From positions 248,001-312,000 of the forward strand of contig JBPQGU010000016.1 of assembly GCA_051362555.1 (NCBI GenBank): a DNA stretch of 64,000 nucleotides, read 5' to 3'. Below the pieces are notes generated by a model, which saw nothing but the letters and a program-made list of their open reading frames with translations, was not told the DNA's origin and made no database searches. Positions 26,482 to 39,152 of the stretch are shown in pieces; within the stretch, counting starts at the first letter, position 1; every line of letters begins with the position of its first letter. This DNA is from Lingula anatina. Taxonomy: Eukaryota > Animalia > Brachiopoda. A program made the position numbers and the translations under genes.

Positions 26482-27459
26482 AATGACGTCACGGTATCCA
26501 ACAATGACGTCACGGTAGTGTGTGACGTCCGAACTTGAGACTGAGATCACGTGTTATAATAACGAAAGAATTTGCTTTTTTTGCGCTGTAGCTTTTTAAC
26601 GCTAGTGGTATGTATAAGAATGTGCGTAACGTCATACTGCAAAATACATTGTTCATATTCATGTATTACACTTACGCCAAGATTATTTGCTTATTGTACA
26701 CAACCCATTTATAATGGTAAGAAAAAAAATGCTCAGAATGAAAAAACTTTGACAGATTGCGTTAGTTGTTCCCCTCTTCAGATGAGATTGCTCTGTAAAT
26801 TTACTGCGTCAGAAGCAGGTGTCTCAGGCATACACTCTCCACCTCTTTTTCTCATGCAAAGCAGACAGATAGCAGGGAATGTATCAACTAGTTTGTAAAT
26901 ATATCTTACCTGAATTCAATTTGTCTTGTTAAGCATGCAAAGAAGTGTGGGGTTTGGTTATACTTAACTTAAAACGCTTTGAGGGATAATCCACGTGCCG
27001 TCATAAGTTCGTTTCCCCCTCCGACGCGTATGCTAGTTGTAGTGTTTACAGAGGAAGTATAAACTGCAATCTTGATGACGGGTTAAGTAAAGGTTAAGCT
27101 CGTACACGGTGAACTTAACTTGGAGGCAAGGTTTTGGAGTGTGAAAACTTATAAAACCATGAAATGAGCCACGCGAGGCGAGAGCGGGAGAGGGCATGAA
27201 ATAACGGGAAATGACGGTATATGGGACGGGTGACTGTTATCATTTCACTGTCGGTAGAGGGGCCATAAGAAAAAAAACGATGCCCGTGTACTTGTATTCC
27301 TGACGATTGGTGAACATTTTGTATATATGTAATCTACCACGTTTCTGCAAGCTCACGCATGTATTAGAGAATAAACAGATCATGATAAACTCATATTTTA
27401 TCTAGTGTCGGGCGTCATAACTGAACTGTTGATACACTTGAGGCGGTTACCATAACAAA

Positions 27460-27500
<41 letters not shown>

Positions 27501-29295
27501 CACTGTGGACTACAAGCTGCTGTTTGGGCGGACTTCATAGATAATCCAGTCTTGCCACTCAGACTCCTATACAAGTGGCTTTACTGTATGGTCGGTTAAG
27601 GGCAATAGAGGAGAACTGAAGCACTGAAAGTAGAGATTCTAGCGATCTGCTTGCCTCGTAAAAGTCGCAGACATGAGAAATGTTAAAATGTATACTGTAC
27701 GAATGAAAATGAAAATTTCCAATTTCTGTGTCTATATATCCTGCAAATCTACTTATCTTTCCCAGTTTTGATTTTAAAAACTCTAACCCCCCTCATATAA
27801 AACTACCTGATGTCGACAGTTACTTCTGAAGTGAACAGAAAGACATGATGTTCTAAAGGCCTGGCCAGTCAGTTATTTAGAACTAAATCATTATATTAAA
27901 GTGGAATAAAACATCAAATCCAAGTGCAGGGACGGATAAAGAAATATGGTTCGCGAGTAGCAGAAATTGCTTTTATTCCCGAAGAAAATTCATTTGGCGG
28001 CTTTATCCCGTATAGAGTACACTCAAACTTTGATAAAATTTTCGTGCAGACTGACTGTGCGCGTGTACTTGTAAACTGTGTATATCACATGAAAACGGGT
28101 TGAAATCGTATCCAATAAGATTTTATTACAACCCTACCAATCCCATCCACGGTCTAGTGTACCCAAAGGGAAGTCAGACTATGCACCTAGCTCCCTAATC
28201 GCAGACCTTTAATACATTGAATACACAAGACGCCGTACCGGTATAAAAAGCAAACAAACAATGGCTTTCTGTGCACGAACCTGGCTGTGTACAAAACATA
28301 AACATCACCCGATAAAGCTTTCCGTTCAGCTCAGTGTATGGTGACTGTATTGCGAGTGGGGACTGGCCTTGGCAATCCACCTTGGTGTTGTTTTGTCAAC
28401 AGAAACAGCTCTGCAAATATTAATGACAAACCACTCAAACGCTTTCATAACATAATCATGTATTGCATTTAACACCCCACCCCGTTCTTGAAGCTCCATT
28501 CTAACACCCGTCCCCTTCGAAGTCATTTTCTACTTTAATGGCGTTTGCGTTTAAATGAACGGTTCGCGTGTGTGGAATCTAGCCGGGAATCCGCCCTGTG
28601 GAGCCCTGCGTTGCTGGCCCTTGGTTGCATTTGATCATTCGAAGTAGCAGCATCGTGGCAGTGTTAAAATAGGTTGTTAAACCAGGTATACAGTGTATCT
28701 GCAGCTGTGGACACGCGCGCCTGCTGCTCAGTTATATCAGGGTGGAGCTAGCCATGATAAAGCGGGTGCTACATTATATCGGAAATATGCATGAAGAGCG
28801 GGAACAGCTCTGGACACATGTACTCTGACACAGTACGTTGTGTGACCAGCTAAATCATTCCGCTGCCAGAAGGTCAGCCAGAAGGCCTGCCCACAGAGGA
28901 ATCTCTAGTGTTGGCAGCGACATCACATAATTAAAACATTTACCACCGTGTTGCTATGATTCAGGCGATCGTGATAGCGGTCTCTGTGTGACAGTGAGGC
29001 GTGAACGCGCACAGTGAAATTACAGCAAAATTATAGGTACAACTGAGGCTCAAGGAGGCTCTTACGCTTCCTAAAAGCGACACGCACGCGAACGTGTCGG
29101 ACTTACATGTATCACAAAGCACGAGAATGAACGTTTCACAACGACGATGCTAGGATTAAGCAACTTAAAGCAGAGAGTCTGGAGAAGTGGTCGAAAAATG
29201 CAGTGACCAGGCCTGTCCAGAGAAACTATAGCCACAGGAGAGACCAGAGAGAAACGCTTGTTTAGACTTCACATGGCCTTTTTATCCATTACGTC

Positions 29296-30177
29296 ATGGC
29301 ACGTTCGCGTGAAAAGCCGGGGGCGCTCGGGCGCGTAATCACACCACGGATCAGCACCTATGTAACAACGACAAAAACAACCAGTTACCGGAGCCCCAGT
29401 TATACTGCGCGTGGTCTTATGAAAACCGCGGCCGCCGGGCTGTTGAAGAACGCCATGCAAGGAAGGGTGTATGACAACAATACGTACACTGTGCACGCGG
29501 CCAGTGGGCGCACTCTCAGCGCGGACGAAATGGAGTCCGCCATACACAAGGACCACATCGTTATCATACCGGTGATAGCGCTGTCAGCGTTCTTAATAGC
29601 GTTCTGCTTAAAGTGTTCAGACTGGGTTAAGGAGGACGTGTATTTCAGCGACTACAAGGAGGACGCGAAGTACATCGGTCCTCAAAAGAACGTTGCTCAC
29701 GGATTATTTCATGTTACTTCTCGGCTTCTCCCAAATATGGCGGCCATGATACAGCCCCCACCCTGCGCGCCCCAGGACAAGGAGGGGGACACAGACTTCA
29801 CCGTTAAAGAAATGAAAGATTGCAAAGACTTGCCCAACGGGAGAACACAGAAACAAAATGCACATTCAAACCAATGTTCTAGACATGGAAACGCACAGAG
29901 AATTTCCAAAGATAAAATAATTAAAGGGACGGGTTTGAAAAAAGAACGCCGGACGACGAACACTCCAAGGGACTGCGTTATTGAGATTAAGGCAAACATG
30001 TCAACGGAAATGACAGTACAGAAAGTCGATACCTGCACTCAAACGGATTTATCCCATTTATTGAAAGTTTTTCAGGACTTCTATACAAGAGAAAGCGCTC
30101 AGGCGAAGACGGAAAACTGTGCTCACAAACCCGACCCTGATCTTCTTTCACCAGCTGCTCCTCTGCTCGCTGTGTGA
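29296..30177 (+). CDS. Uncharacterised single-pass membrane protein, paralog A
   Basis: 293-aa ORF with a Thr/Ser-rich N-terminus and NNT sequon, TM segment IVIIPVIALSAFLIAFCL, then KCSDWVKEDVYFSDY...VAHGL shared with the ORF at 37353. The true start may include an upstream exon (possible acceptor at 29264-29265). Confidence 0.8.
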   Translation: MARSREKPGALGRVITPRISTYVTTTKTTSYRSPSYTARGLMKTAAAGLLKNAMQGRVYDNNTYTVHAASGRTLSADEMESAIHKDHIVIIPVIALSAFLIAFCLKCSDWVKEDVYFSDYKEDAKYIGPQKNVAHGLFHVTSRLLPNMAAMIQPPPCAPQDKEGDTDFTVKEMKDCKDLPNGRTQKQNAHSNQCSRHGNAQRISKDKIIKGTGLKKERRTTNTPRDCVIEIKANMSTEMTVQKVDTCTQTDLSHLLKVFQDFYTRESAQAKTENCAHKPDPDLLSPAAPLLAV

Positions 30178-31576
30178 CTGTAAATATTTGAAATACATTA
30201 AAACTTCTCGTGGATTTTTTTTCATAACAGCGCTGCCATTAATAACTGCTGTATAAGAAACTGCAGTCTTAAAAGAGATTATCTCCGGTACAAAAAATGC
30301 TTAGAGTGTATTTGACACGAAAGAGAGAGATCGTTATTGTATAACAAGGTTTAATAGAAAAAAGTGCACCGTAAAAGGGAGGAGGGGCATTTTTCAGTAT
30401 AATTGCAGTGGTTCTATTAGTTATCGTTCATAGCTGCAAACAAACCTACGGTTTTGATAAAGTTGGCATCTTCTCTAGACCACGTTAAATGCAGGCAAGG
30501 CTTTAAGTCCCTGTAAAAGTAAATATATATTGTCTAGTTCTTCATATTCCGCACTCTCAGTGCATGTTTACAATTAATAACAATAAGTCTGGCATATTTT
30601 GGGGGGCCCGATTCAGACTAGGGGTAGACATTCTCACCATCTGTGGAAGGACACCGCCCTCTACAGGGGCCAGAGGTGCATTTTTCACAAAATATTCACA
30701 GCTAGATCTGTTCATGGCAAATTCATGGCATTTTTTCCACTGTAAGACAGAATTTGTACTTGGACTGTCACTCTGGCCTCTAGTAGAGAGTAGGAGGATA
30801 CAGTCCAGCTGCCGTATGAAGCTAGCATGAAGAAACAATCTATTTCACCGCCAGACCAGGTTACAGTACTTCCCGCCCTGCCTGTGCCACCGGTGCCGCT
30901 TGTTGATAAAATAGCACGTCCTCTTGTAAATGTTATTTCCACGTTAAGTCAAAGTAGAAAAGAAGAGTGTGAAAAATACTTTTTATTCAGTCAACAGCTG
31001 ATATTGAAATTGTTTAGCATCAACATTTCGATGTCTATCTAGAGCATCATCATCATCAGGGAATGAGGCTATCTGGGTGAATAGCCTCTCTTTCAATATT
31101 ATCTGTTGATTGAAGGAAAATTATTTTATTCTTATTTTCGTGTCGCATTTACTGGTTGCGGTAATGTAGGTATATGGTATAAGGTATATGTCACATTCCA
31201 ATTTATCTCCTTTAATAAGATCCTCCCTGATGTGAGTCACGGTAGTGACAGTAGACGATAGCTCATTACAGACTGTGGCTGACGCTGTCTCCCCAGGAAT
31301 AGTTGTGTAATAATATAGCACAATATTCATCATATAAATGTAGTATTTTACAGAGAGGAAAGACATTGGGAGAGGGGGGCGTGCGCACAAATCTGGATTT
31401 ATACAGATTTACAGATTCAGAAGTTGAATATTTGTTGAAAGCTCATCACATACTGACTAAAATCTTTAAAGTGTCTTTTTACACCTAAAAACTCTTACAG
31501 AAGAGAATATAAAAATATACATATAATGATTAGATCATTAGAAAATGTCAAAGAATCTGCAGAGGTTACTTCAACG

Positions 31577-31720
31577 GTGGGGTTGTGTTTAAGGGGAGAG
31601 GGGTGGGGTTGTGTTTAAGGGGAGAGGGGTGGGGTTGTGTTTAAGGGGAGAGGGGTGGGGTTGTGTTTAAGGGGAGAGGGGTGGGGTTGTGTTTAAGGGG
31701 AGAGGGGGCGGGGTGCGGGT
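31577..31720 (+). repeat. ~26-27-bp minisatellite x5 (GGGGTGGGGTTGTGTTTAAGGGGAGA), G4-prone
   Basis: Five near-perfect copies, each with three G4 runs. Confidence 0.92.
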
Positions 31721-32357
31721 AATTCAGTCAGAACATGGGCTTATTTTGATATTATGTTTTGTACGTGCACAATACGTGCGATTTTATTATGAACAGTATT
31801 GAATATTATGTACATATATTGCACAAATGAATGTAAATAAAAAGATAAATAAATTAATATAGGCTATCAACTTTCAACAAAAGCAAGTCCACAGTAGACA
31901 AGGTATATTTGCGAACAACAACTGTATATGGTTTACGGTTACCAGATCGCACAAAGTCAGCTCTCAATTATGGTGTAGTACAGAGACGCAAGTTTGACCG
32001 ATGATCGGTCCATAGAGGTCTAGTGTGATAGGACACCTTGGTCTGCAAGCCACCACTTCCCTTTATACATTAACCTGTATCACGTCATACAACAATCAGA
32101 CGTGTAAGTTACATTCTGGATTATGTTTTGATTCGCCATTATTTTTTATTTTGGCATATGCAATTCTCTTAATTTTTTTGTTGACGCTGTCTGTGTTTGC
32201 GGCTCACTTGCCAAACAAGAAATTTGTGACACGCAAAATTCACTATGGGCTTTGGGATTTCGAAAAAAAACAACAAACAAACAAACAAACAAACAAAAAG
32301 CAACAATTAAATAACTAAGTTATCAAGTCAGATTATTGCGTGATAACAGCTTTATCC

Positions 32358-32971
32358 CACCCTGAGCTTCAGAGCTAACTTGACACTAACCTTTTCACTG
32401 TAGCCTATCTCCATCGTGTCAAGTAACCTCTGACCAGATTCGAGTGCCCCCGCCGCCCGCCAATCAAATTTAAAGCCCGCACTCAATGACTCATTGAACG
32501 ATCTAGCCAATGAACGCGAACGAGTCAAAGCGCGCTTTGTTCAAATCCGGACCAATCAAAGATAAGGCTGAATATCAGGGACTTGCCGTAACCTGTGGGC
32601 AGCACGCAAAATACATCATCCCTCAGTAGATAATGATGCAGGGCATCATACTGCTCTGGTTTCAATTCCTATATACTCCATGCTTTCTTTGTGTACGGTT
32701 ATGCACTCGGAACCACTCGGAACTACTCGGATGTCTCCGCACTCGACAATAACTATGTTGTTAGTATGGAGCTTGCGGAATCAGCCGAGGATTGCCGATT
32801 GACGATCAACCAATCAGCGTTTTCACCAAACTTTGGTGAAAAATTTTGAAACATGGATTCGATTGGCTTATATAAAATAGGTCAAACTATTTTCGTCAGA
32901 GGTTACTTGACACGATGGAGGTAGGCTACAGTGAAAAGGTTAGTGTCAAGTCAGCTCTGAAGCTCAGGGTG
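32358..32971. mobile_element. Non-autonomous TIR DNA transposon with ~77-bp TIRs and 8-bp TSD (hAT/P-like)
   Basis: CACCCTGAGCTTCAGAGCTAACTTGACAC... and ...GTGTCAAGTCAGCTCTGAAGCTCAGGGTG. CTTTATCC is duplicated at 32350-32357 and 32972-32979. Confidence 0.92.
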
Positions 32972-34221
32972 CTTTATCCCCATTGTTACAAATTTTTATT
33001 TTATTTTATTTTATTCATTTATTTATTTATTTATCTATTTATTCATTTATTTATTATTTTGAAAATAAAGATGTAGTCGTTGTTGGTTAGTTAGTGAATT
33101 ATCAATATCTCAGGCTGAGGAAGGTTGGAAGATTCATTAGTTTTATTTCTCTCACACGGACAGCACTGGACAGAACGCAGACAGGAGCAGTCTCTCTCTC
33201 CCCCCCCCCCCTTTCTCTCTCTCTCTCTCTCTCAATATATGCAATTAAAGAAAATGAACCGACCTTGCCTAGTTCTCCAGATATGTACCAACCTGTTACA
33301 TTAATTCAGTAACTAACACCACTGCCGTGTCAATCGATAGCGCAATGTAATCATAATCACAGACTGCTGCTCGACAAATTAATTTAAGAAACTGTTGGCC
33401 ATGGTTACGAAATAATAACACGCAATTTCGGCGCTTCTACGACCATTCCTAAATTGCCAGTTGCCTTTCTGACGTTCACAATAAGTCTGACAGATATTAC
33501 CTTTATATTATAATCGGCTAAGTGCACACTTGGCGGACATGGCATTTCTTGGAGAGCTTTATGATAGTCTTACTCTTAATAGAGACACAGCTGAAGAGGT
33601 CATTCCACAAACTAGTGGGCAAGACCATGTGCGGCTATGCTGGCCAAGGCGGGTTTTGGAGGTTAACGTGCACATCTGGACCCGTGGCATATGGTAATAT
33701 TGACTTAATATGAAGGCGGAGGATGAGTCCCTGTGAAAAATCAATTTCCAGGACATGTTCGGCAAAAAATACCTGCACCCCCTTCCCCACATCCCACTTG
33801 CACCCCCCCCTAACACACACACCCACCCACCCACACACCCACCCACCCACCCACACACACACACACACCGCCACCCAACCACCCACCCACCAAGACATAC
33901 ACACCCTCCACAGATATCATACAATGATTGGGGGCTAAACTTGACAATACACCGCTGCAACTTAATTCCTCCTGTTGTACAATAGTAAACAGCATCATTA
34001 TATAACTTCAATGGCAAAAAGCATGCCAACTGAAATGTTTTTTTACAATAAGTGACATAAGGATAAAGAAAAGGTCTCGTAGCTCCACTGCATATGAAAG
34101 GAAGGGGTGTGCAATTTCAAAGTAGGCCTACTCATGAAAGAAGTTACCTCTAAAATTAGCTCAAAAACTGTGGAAGAAACTTTAAAAACTTCATAGCAAC
34201 ATCTCGGTTTTCTTCCTCTTA

Positions 34222-34383
34222 GGGGGCGTTCAGATGAACCTGTCGTACTAGCTGGGTCGATCCAACTCTGCAGAGATTCTCGTTTAAGTGCAGTCAAAGT
34301 AAGCAGCTTAATTGTCTGGCTTTAGCGAGAATCCCCGCGGAGTTGGATCGATCCAGCTAGTACCATGGGTTCATCTGAACGCA
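34222..34383. mobile_element. Foldback MITE of the gatcgatc family
   Basis: gcgttcagatgaacc..tactagctgggtcgatccaactc / gagttggatcgatccagctagta..ggttcatctgaacgc inverted arms. Confidence 0.75.
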
Positions 34384-34389
34384 GGACTA

Positions 34390-34645
34390 GGGCTCATTCC
34401 TCATGAAACTATCGGTCTAAGTAGATCGATCCAACTCCGTGGGGACTCTCGCTGAATGCAATCAGATTAACAGATAAACGTGTCTTCTCTTGTTTCCAAC
34501 GTATTTGTATAATCACCAGCTTTTCTGTATTTTGCTCAACGCTAGGAAGAGGCGTATTAATCTCTCAATCTGATTGCATTCAGCGAGAGTCCCTGCGGAG
34601 TTTGATCGATCTAAATAGACCAAAAGTGTCATTGGGAATGGGCCC
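34390..34645. mobile_element. PIF/Harbinger-like foldback MITE, adjacent to the previous element
   Basis: ~80-bp inverted arms GGGCTCATTCC...gactctcgctgaatgcaatcagatt / aatctgattgcattcagcgagagtc...GGAATGGGCCC, followed by TTA. Confidence 0.8.
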
Positions 34646-36307
34646 TTAGTTCGCTTCCCAAGCTTTTAACCCAGCTGTACTACCGTGGCAGTTTTGATAT
34701 TAACCTCGTGTTAGTTGATACACTCACAAATCACGGAGCTCTCTATACTATTGCGTTAAGACGTAGTTTGTCCGGTGAAGCAATTAGGGTAAATAAAGCT
34801 GTATCATAAGTGACACGGATTGAGAAGTGATTTACCTAGATACACACAGTTTAAAATTAGCACGGCTGCGTGGAAGTTAATCAAGAGGGTTAGAGATATT
34901 GGAACTTGAAACCTAAGGGTTTGTTTATTTGGTAAACATGTTCAATTAGTTGATGGCTACGTACATTAGGATACAGTTATCAAATATTAGAATAAACAGT
35001 TAATCAAGTAAAAGTAAAAACAATACACAAACAGTAATAAAATATAAATAAGGGTGAAACCTAACGCCCCCTGCAACTACAGAGACGATCAGATATAATA
35101 AGCAGTATTATCGGCCTCCTATGTTTGCACCACAAAATTTCACTACGACACGGTTCCGCGATTTGAATAGTTTTTACAGAAGCATAAATGTCGGGCAATG
35201 AGTTAAACACACACGCACTCGTACGTATCAAATCATACAGGAAGGGTGAAAATATCATCCCATGGAAATTATTTTTGACCGTGAAATCTAAATAAGTGCA
35301 CATAATTGCGCAGCATATATAAAATTAACAAAGGAAATGCAAGGGATCGATCTCGCGCCAAACATGGTAATATTCAATTATAAATGTAACTTCGTTATCA
35401 GGCGTAATTCCCTTAACTAAACTCTTCAACTGCATTACATAACACGGCCCTCCTCTCAAAGTGAACATAATTGACCGACTGGCCATAGAAAACCAATTAA
35501 GGCCAGCACGCGTCGAGATTTGATAAAACATCATCTACAACTACATGAGAATTAAGGTAGATTATTGAGGACCGTCGATAATGATGAAGAATCGATATCA
35601 ATCAGGTCGCACTACATTTGGCAGATCGGGAGAGAATGAGCGAGGGGAAGGGGTGGTGGAAGAAGCTTTTGCCACACCTTTTCTAGCTTCTCTAGTTAAT
35701 ACGTTCATAATTTTTTGTGCACCAATTCTTCCTGTAGTAACCCATAGTAGGGTGGGGTTTATTTTTAAACGTGTGACGTAAATAAAATAATGATAATTAT
35801 TATTATTATTATTACTATTATTATTATATAGTTGGCTTGTCTTTCTCGTGTTACAGTTTAGGTTTTAACTACATAGTAGTCCAGGGTGAAGAAATATTAG
35901 AAATCTACCAATTTCCAAGGGAGTAACTTCTCCCTGTGAGTTCCTGAGAGAGGCCGCGCCTGTAGTCTTAATGGGAGGAGTGATCCAACGAATCCAATCA
36001 TGTTCAATTTTCTACTAAACTTGCATCGGGGCCAATCAAATTAGAAATATCCACAGTTAGATGTATCAGATTTCTCCACAATGTCCTCTAACAAGACAAA
36101 CGCCTGGTGCAGGTGATCCGAGAGGTAAGGACACTCCGCGCACGCACACAGCTGCAGATAAGGCATTAACAGATGACCTTCAGGGTGATAATGGCGGATC
36201 GCCCCCCCCCCCCCCCCCCCCACTAACACACACACCCTTTTTGATACTCTGGGACTGGTCACAAAATCGTTCACGTTTTTATCAGATTACGACATCCTAT
36301 TTAGCAT

Positions 36308-36321
36308 GTTGCCCTGGCAAC
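36308..36321. promoter_or_regulatory. Candidate RFX X-box about 1 kb upstream of membrane paralog B
   Basis: GTTGCCCTGGCAAC with two perfect half-sites. Confidence 0.45.
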
Positions 36322-37352
36322 ATCTGAATCTTTAACATATTGTCACATCTATGCAGTTAATTTATTGTCGAGCTTTATTTCGCTTCGCTTCTGAATTTAG
36401 GCAATGAGTTAAAACGGGACGCATTAAAAAGCGATGTATTTAAGTATTGAAGGAAATTTATGGCAACGTTTAAAGTAATTTATTGTTAGCTGGGAGTAAC
36501 ACAGGTGGCAGTTTAGCAGGGAAGTTTAACTTCTCTGAGTCCCGAATTTTCGTTGTTAAAACCACCTACACTGTGGACTTCTGGTCAACTTGCTTCCTGG
36601 GTGGAATTTGGTAAATTTGTCTCCGCGCTGGTGATGCTTTTCTACAGGGTAAATACGCACACAGTCTGGTGACGCTTTAATTTAACGTGGAAGTTATATA
36701 TCTGTTCAGAGAGAGAACAGAGCTAGACTTCATTACATAACCGCTGTTCAGATGACATAATGGACATAATGCTTCTCAAGCCTCTTCAGGTGAAACGGAG
36801 ATCTGGGAAGATTGACCTTGATTAAATAGCGCGGACACATCTGTATTCAAAGACACGTAATAGAAAACGAGTTTGACTGCTACGTATACTGTTGTTCTCA
36901 AAGGACCGCCCGCTGTCATGATTCATCCAGTTTAATACCAGGCAGGACGCTCTGCACTTCTGTGTGAAGGGACCATACAATATCGATGATCCACGCGGGG
37001 ACAAACAGCTCTTTGGACTATTTTTAAGTACTTAAAAGTGCTTTTTAGAGAGTAACATTGAAGTATTCTCATCCATTAAGCATAAGAAGGGAGTTGACCC
37101 TCATCTTTATTGTATTGAAACTTTACGTTGGTGTATATACTTCTACCTGGACTTGGATAACCACAGGTGCTTACACATATCAGGATTTTTGCCCCTTACA
37201 GGAATTGCGCAGTATTGTATTTTAAGTTGGCTCACTGTCATCAACACGCACATTCCCACTGTCGAGTGGGGCGCTTGACTTGTCAACTTTTGCCGCCTAC
37301 TTAACGTGGTCCTTTAAGGGAGAAAATAACGTAGGATTATCACAGGGGTGAC

Positions 37353-38186
37353 ATGTATTTGGGCCGCTGCGAGGCGTTTGTTTTGGCGTTAGTTACAATC
37401 AGTCAGTTGTTCCTACGCGATGGCGTGACGGCAAGTCTGGAGACCACGCTTCTCGAGACCTCCACCTCTGTCCCGGGACGTGTCGTATTAGAAGACATTA
37501 TTTCCAAACATCAGCCAAACGCCACCGCCACGAACTCATCGAGGTCGTCTCCACCCTACGGCATCGTGTCAGGAAAATCGGGAAACATAACGACACCTGT
37601 GTTTTGCCTGGAGTGTTTAACGTGTCACTCGGGGGTGGGCAAACACAGCCGGTGCACCGCAGATGGAGAAGCCCCGTTATTGCAGCCGGAACAAGGGCTG
37701 ACGGTGATACCGTTTCTGGCCGTGGCTGCTTTCTTCGTGGCCTTCATCTTGAAATGCGCGGACTGGGTTCGCGAGGATGTGTATTACACGGATTTTGAAG
37801 AAGAAAACGAGTATCAGACCACGGTGGCTCACGGGTTGTACAGCATCAAGCCAGACTTGTCTAGCATGGTTGCCTGGGTGAAACAATGGGCGCCGAGCAA
37901 ACCGCCGGATGACAGCACTATTGGGAAGGAAACCATGGAAACGCAACCTAGCGACGAGAATGGGAATCAGACTCCGTTTAAACAAGGTGGCAGGGAACAA
38001 CCGGAGGCGGAAGTGCAACTGTTGTCGTCTGCTCGAGAAAAATTTAAAAAACCTGTAGGGGTTACTTTTTGTCACGTTGCTGAAATCAATTTTGACTTCT
38101 CGCCTGGATACAGAGAGAAAATTCTGACGCAGGAGACGCCGTCAACCGACATCGACCTTACTGTCGTCCCTAAAACCACAAGTTGA
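37353..38186 (+). CDS. Uncharacterised type I membrane protein, paralog B
   Basis: 277-aa single-exon ORF: signal peptide MYLGRCEAFVLALVTISQLFLRDGVTA, NAT/NSS/NIT sequons, CLECLTC..C cluster, TM LTVIPFLAVAAFFVAFIL, then KCADWVREDVYYTDF...VAHGL. Confidence 0.85.
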   Translation: MYLGRCEAFVLALVTISQLFLRDGVTASLETTLLETSTSVPGRVVLEDIISKHQPNATATNSSRSSPPYGIVSGKSGNITTPVFCLECLTCHSGVGKHSRCTADGEAPLLQPEQGLTVIPFLAVAAFFVAFILKCADWVREDVYYTDFEEENEYQTTVAHGLYSIKPDLSSMVAWVKQWAPSKPPDDSTIGKETMETQPSDENGNQTPFKQGGREQPEAEVQLLSSAREKFKKPVGVTFCHVAEINFDFSPGYREKILTQETPSTDIDLTVVPKTTS

Positions 38187-39152
38187 CAGGCATTAACCTA
38201 TTACCTGGACACGTTGACTGAACTATCTCAATACGTGGGTGACATTGCACGCGGATGATACACCGCATAATGGCTGCAAACCCGGCTTCAGGCACAACAA
38301 GCACGGCACTGTTTATATTAGACTGTAACGTTTAATATGTTGCCGTCGGCTGAAATGGAATGTTATCAGCCAAATATGTACATGTGTGTTATGTTTTATA
38401 ACGAACCGCTGATTTAAACAACAACTGGGTAGGCTTGTGTGCTGGTAAGGCCAATGTTGTACTCCATCACCATGGACTGACGAAAGAAAAGTATTGGACT
38501 CGTTTATGCCACGCATTCAACCCGCGAAAGAGCGGGTGTATTAGTATATGGATTATTATGCGTGAATAAATATTCCTTTCTGCTTATAAAACAATGCTAC
38601 TTAACCAGGCGTCGGCTCTGTGTGAACGGTTTTAAGATTGCTGACAAAACCGAACAAGGTTCTCATATTCTATAGCTAAAACTTGTTAAATTTATTACAT
38701 ACTTTCATATGAAAGTAAATGCTTTTTTCACAGAAAAAAACAAACAAACAAAAAAGCTTTTGCAAAGTCAGACAAGCAGTGACATCACTGTGTCAGACTA
38801 TTCAGCATTGTGCTTTTTTTTGGCTTATCACCAGAAGGCTAAGATATTGACTGTATTTTCAGTAGGTCAGTGATTAGTAATAAAACTTACTGTCTTTTAG
38901 TTATCGTCTTTAAATTACTTTCTAAAATCTTCTAAAATGTATTAGTTGTAAGTTTATAGACCATGGACATCACTAAGGTGCACACGTTACCTTATGGTAA
39001 GAAAAAAAATACTGCAAATACACTGGACACTTTGTCCAATATATTCCACCGTTTTCACCATATGTCTTTAACAACCATATTTCAACCATATTTCCCACGA
39101 CAATGGCAATCCTGCTCCTGTCACGAAGGACGTCATGTCATTGTTTTTGTGG

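Noticed and set aside
27461-27499. A39 tract after the chitinase as a retrocopy tail
   Set aside because: No TSD or recognisable retroposed body; long A-runs are common in this window (about 716, 13513, 39945).
33559-34029. Overlapping Cys/Val/Gly/Trp- or His/Pro/Thr-rich ORFs
   Set aside because: They derive from a (CA)/(CCCA) low-complexity tract.
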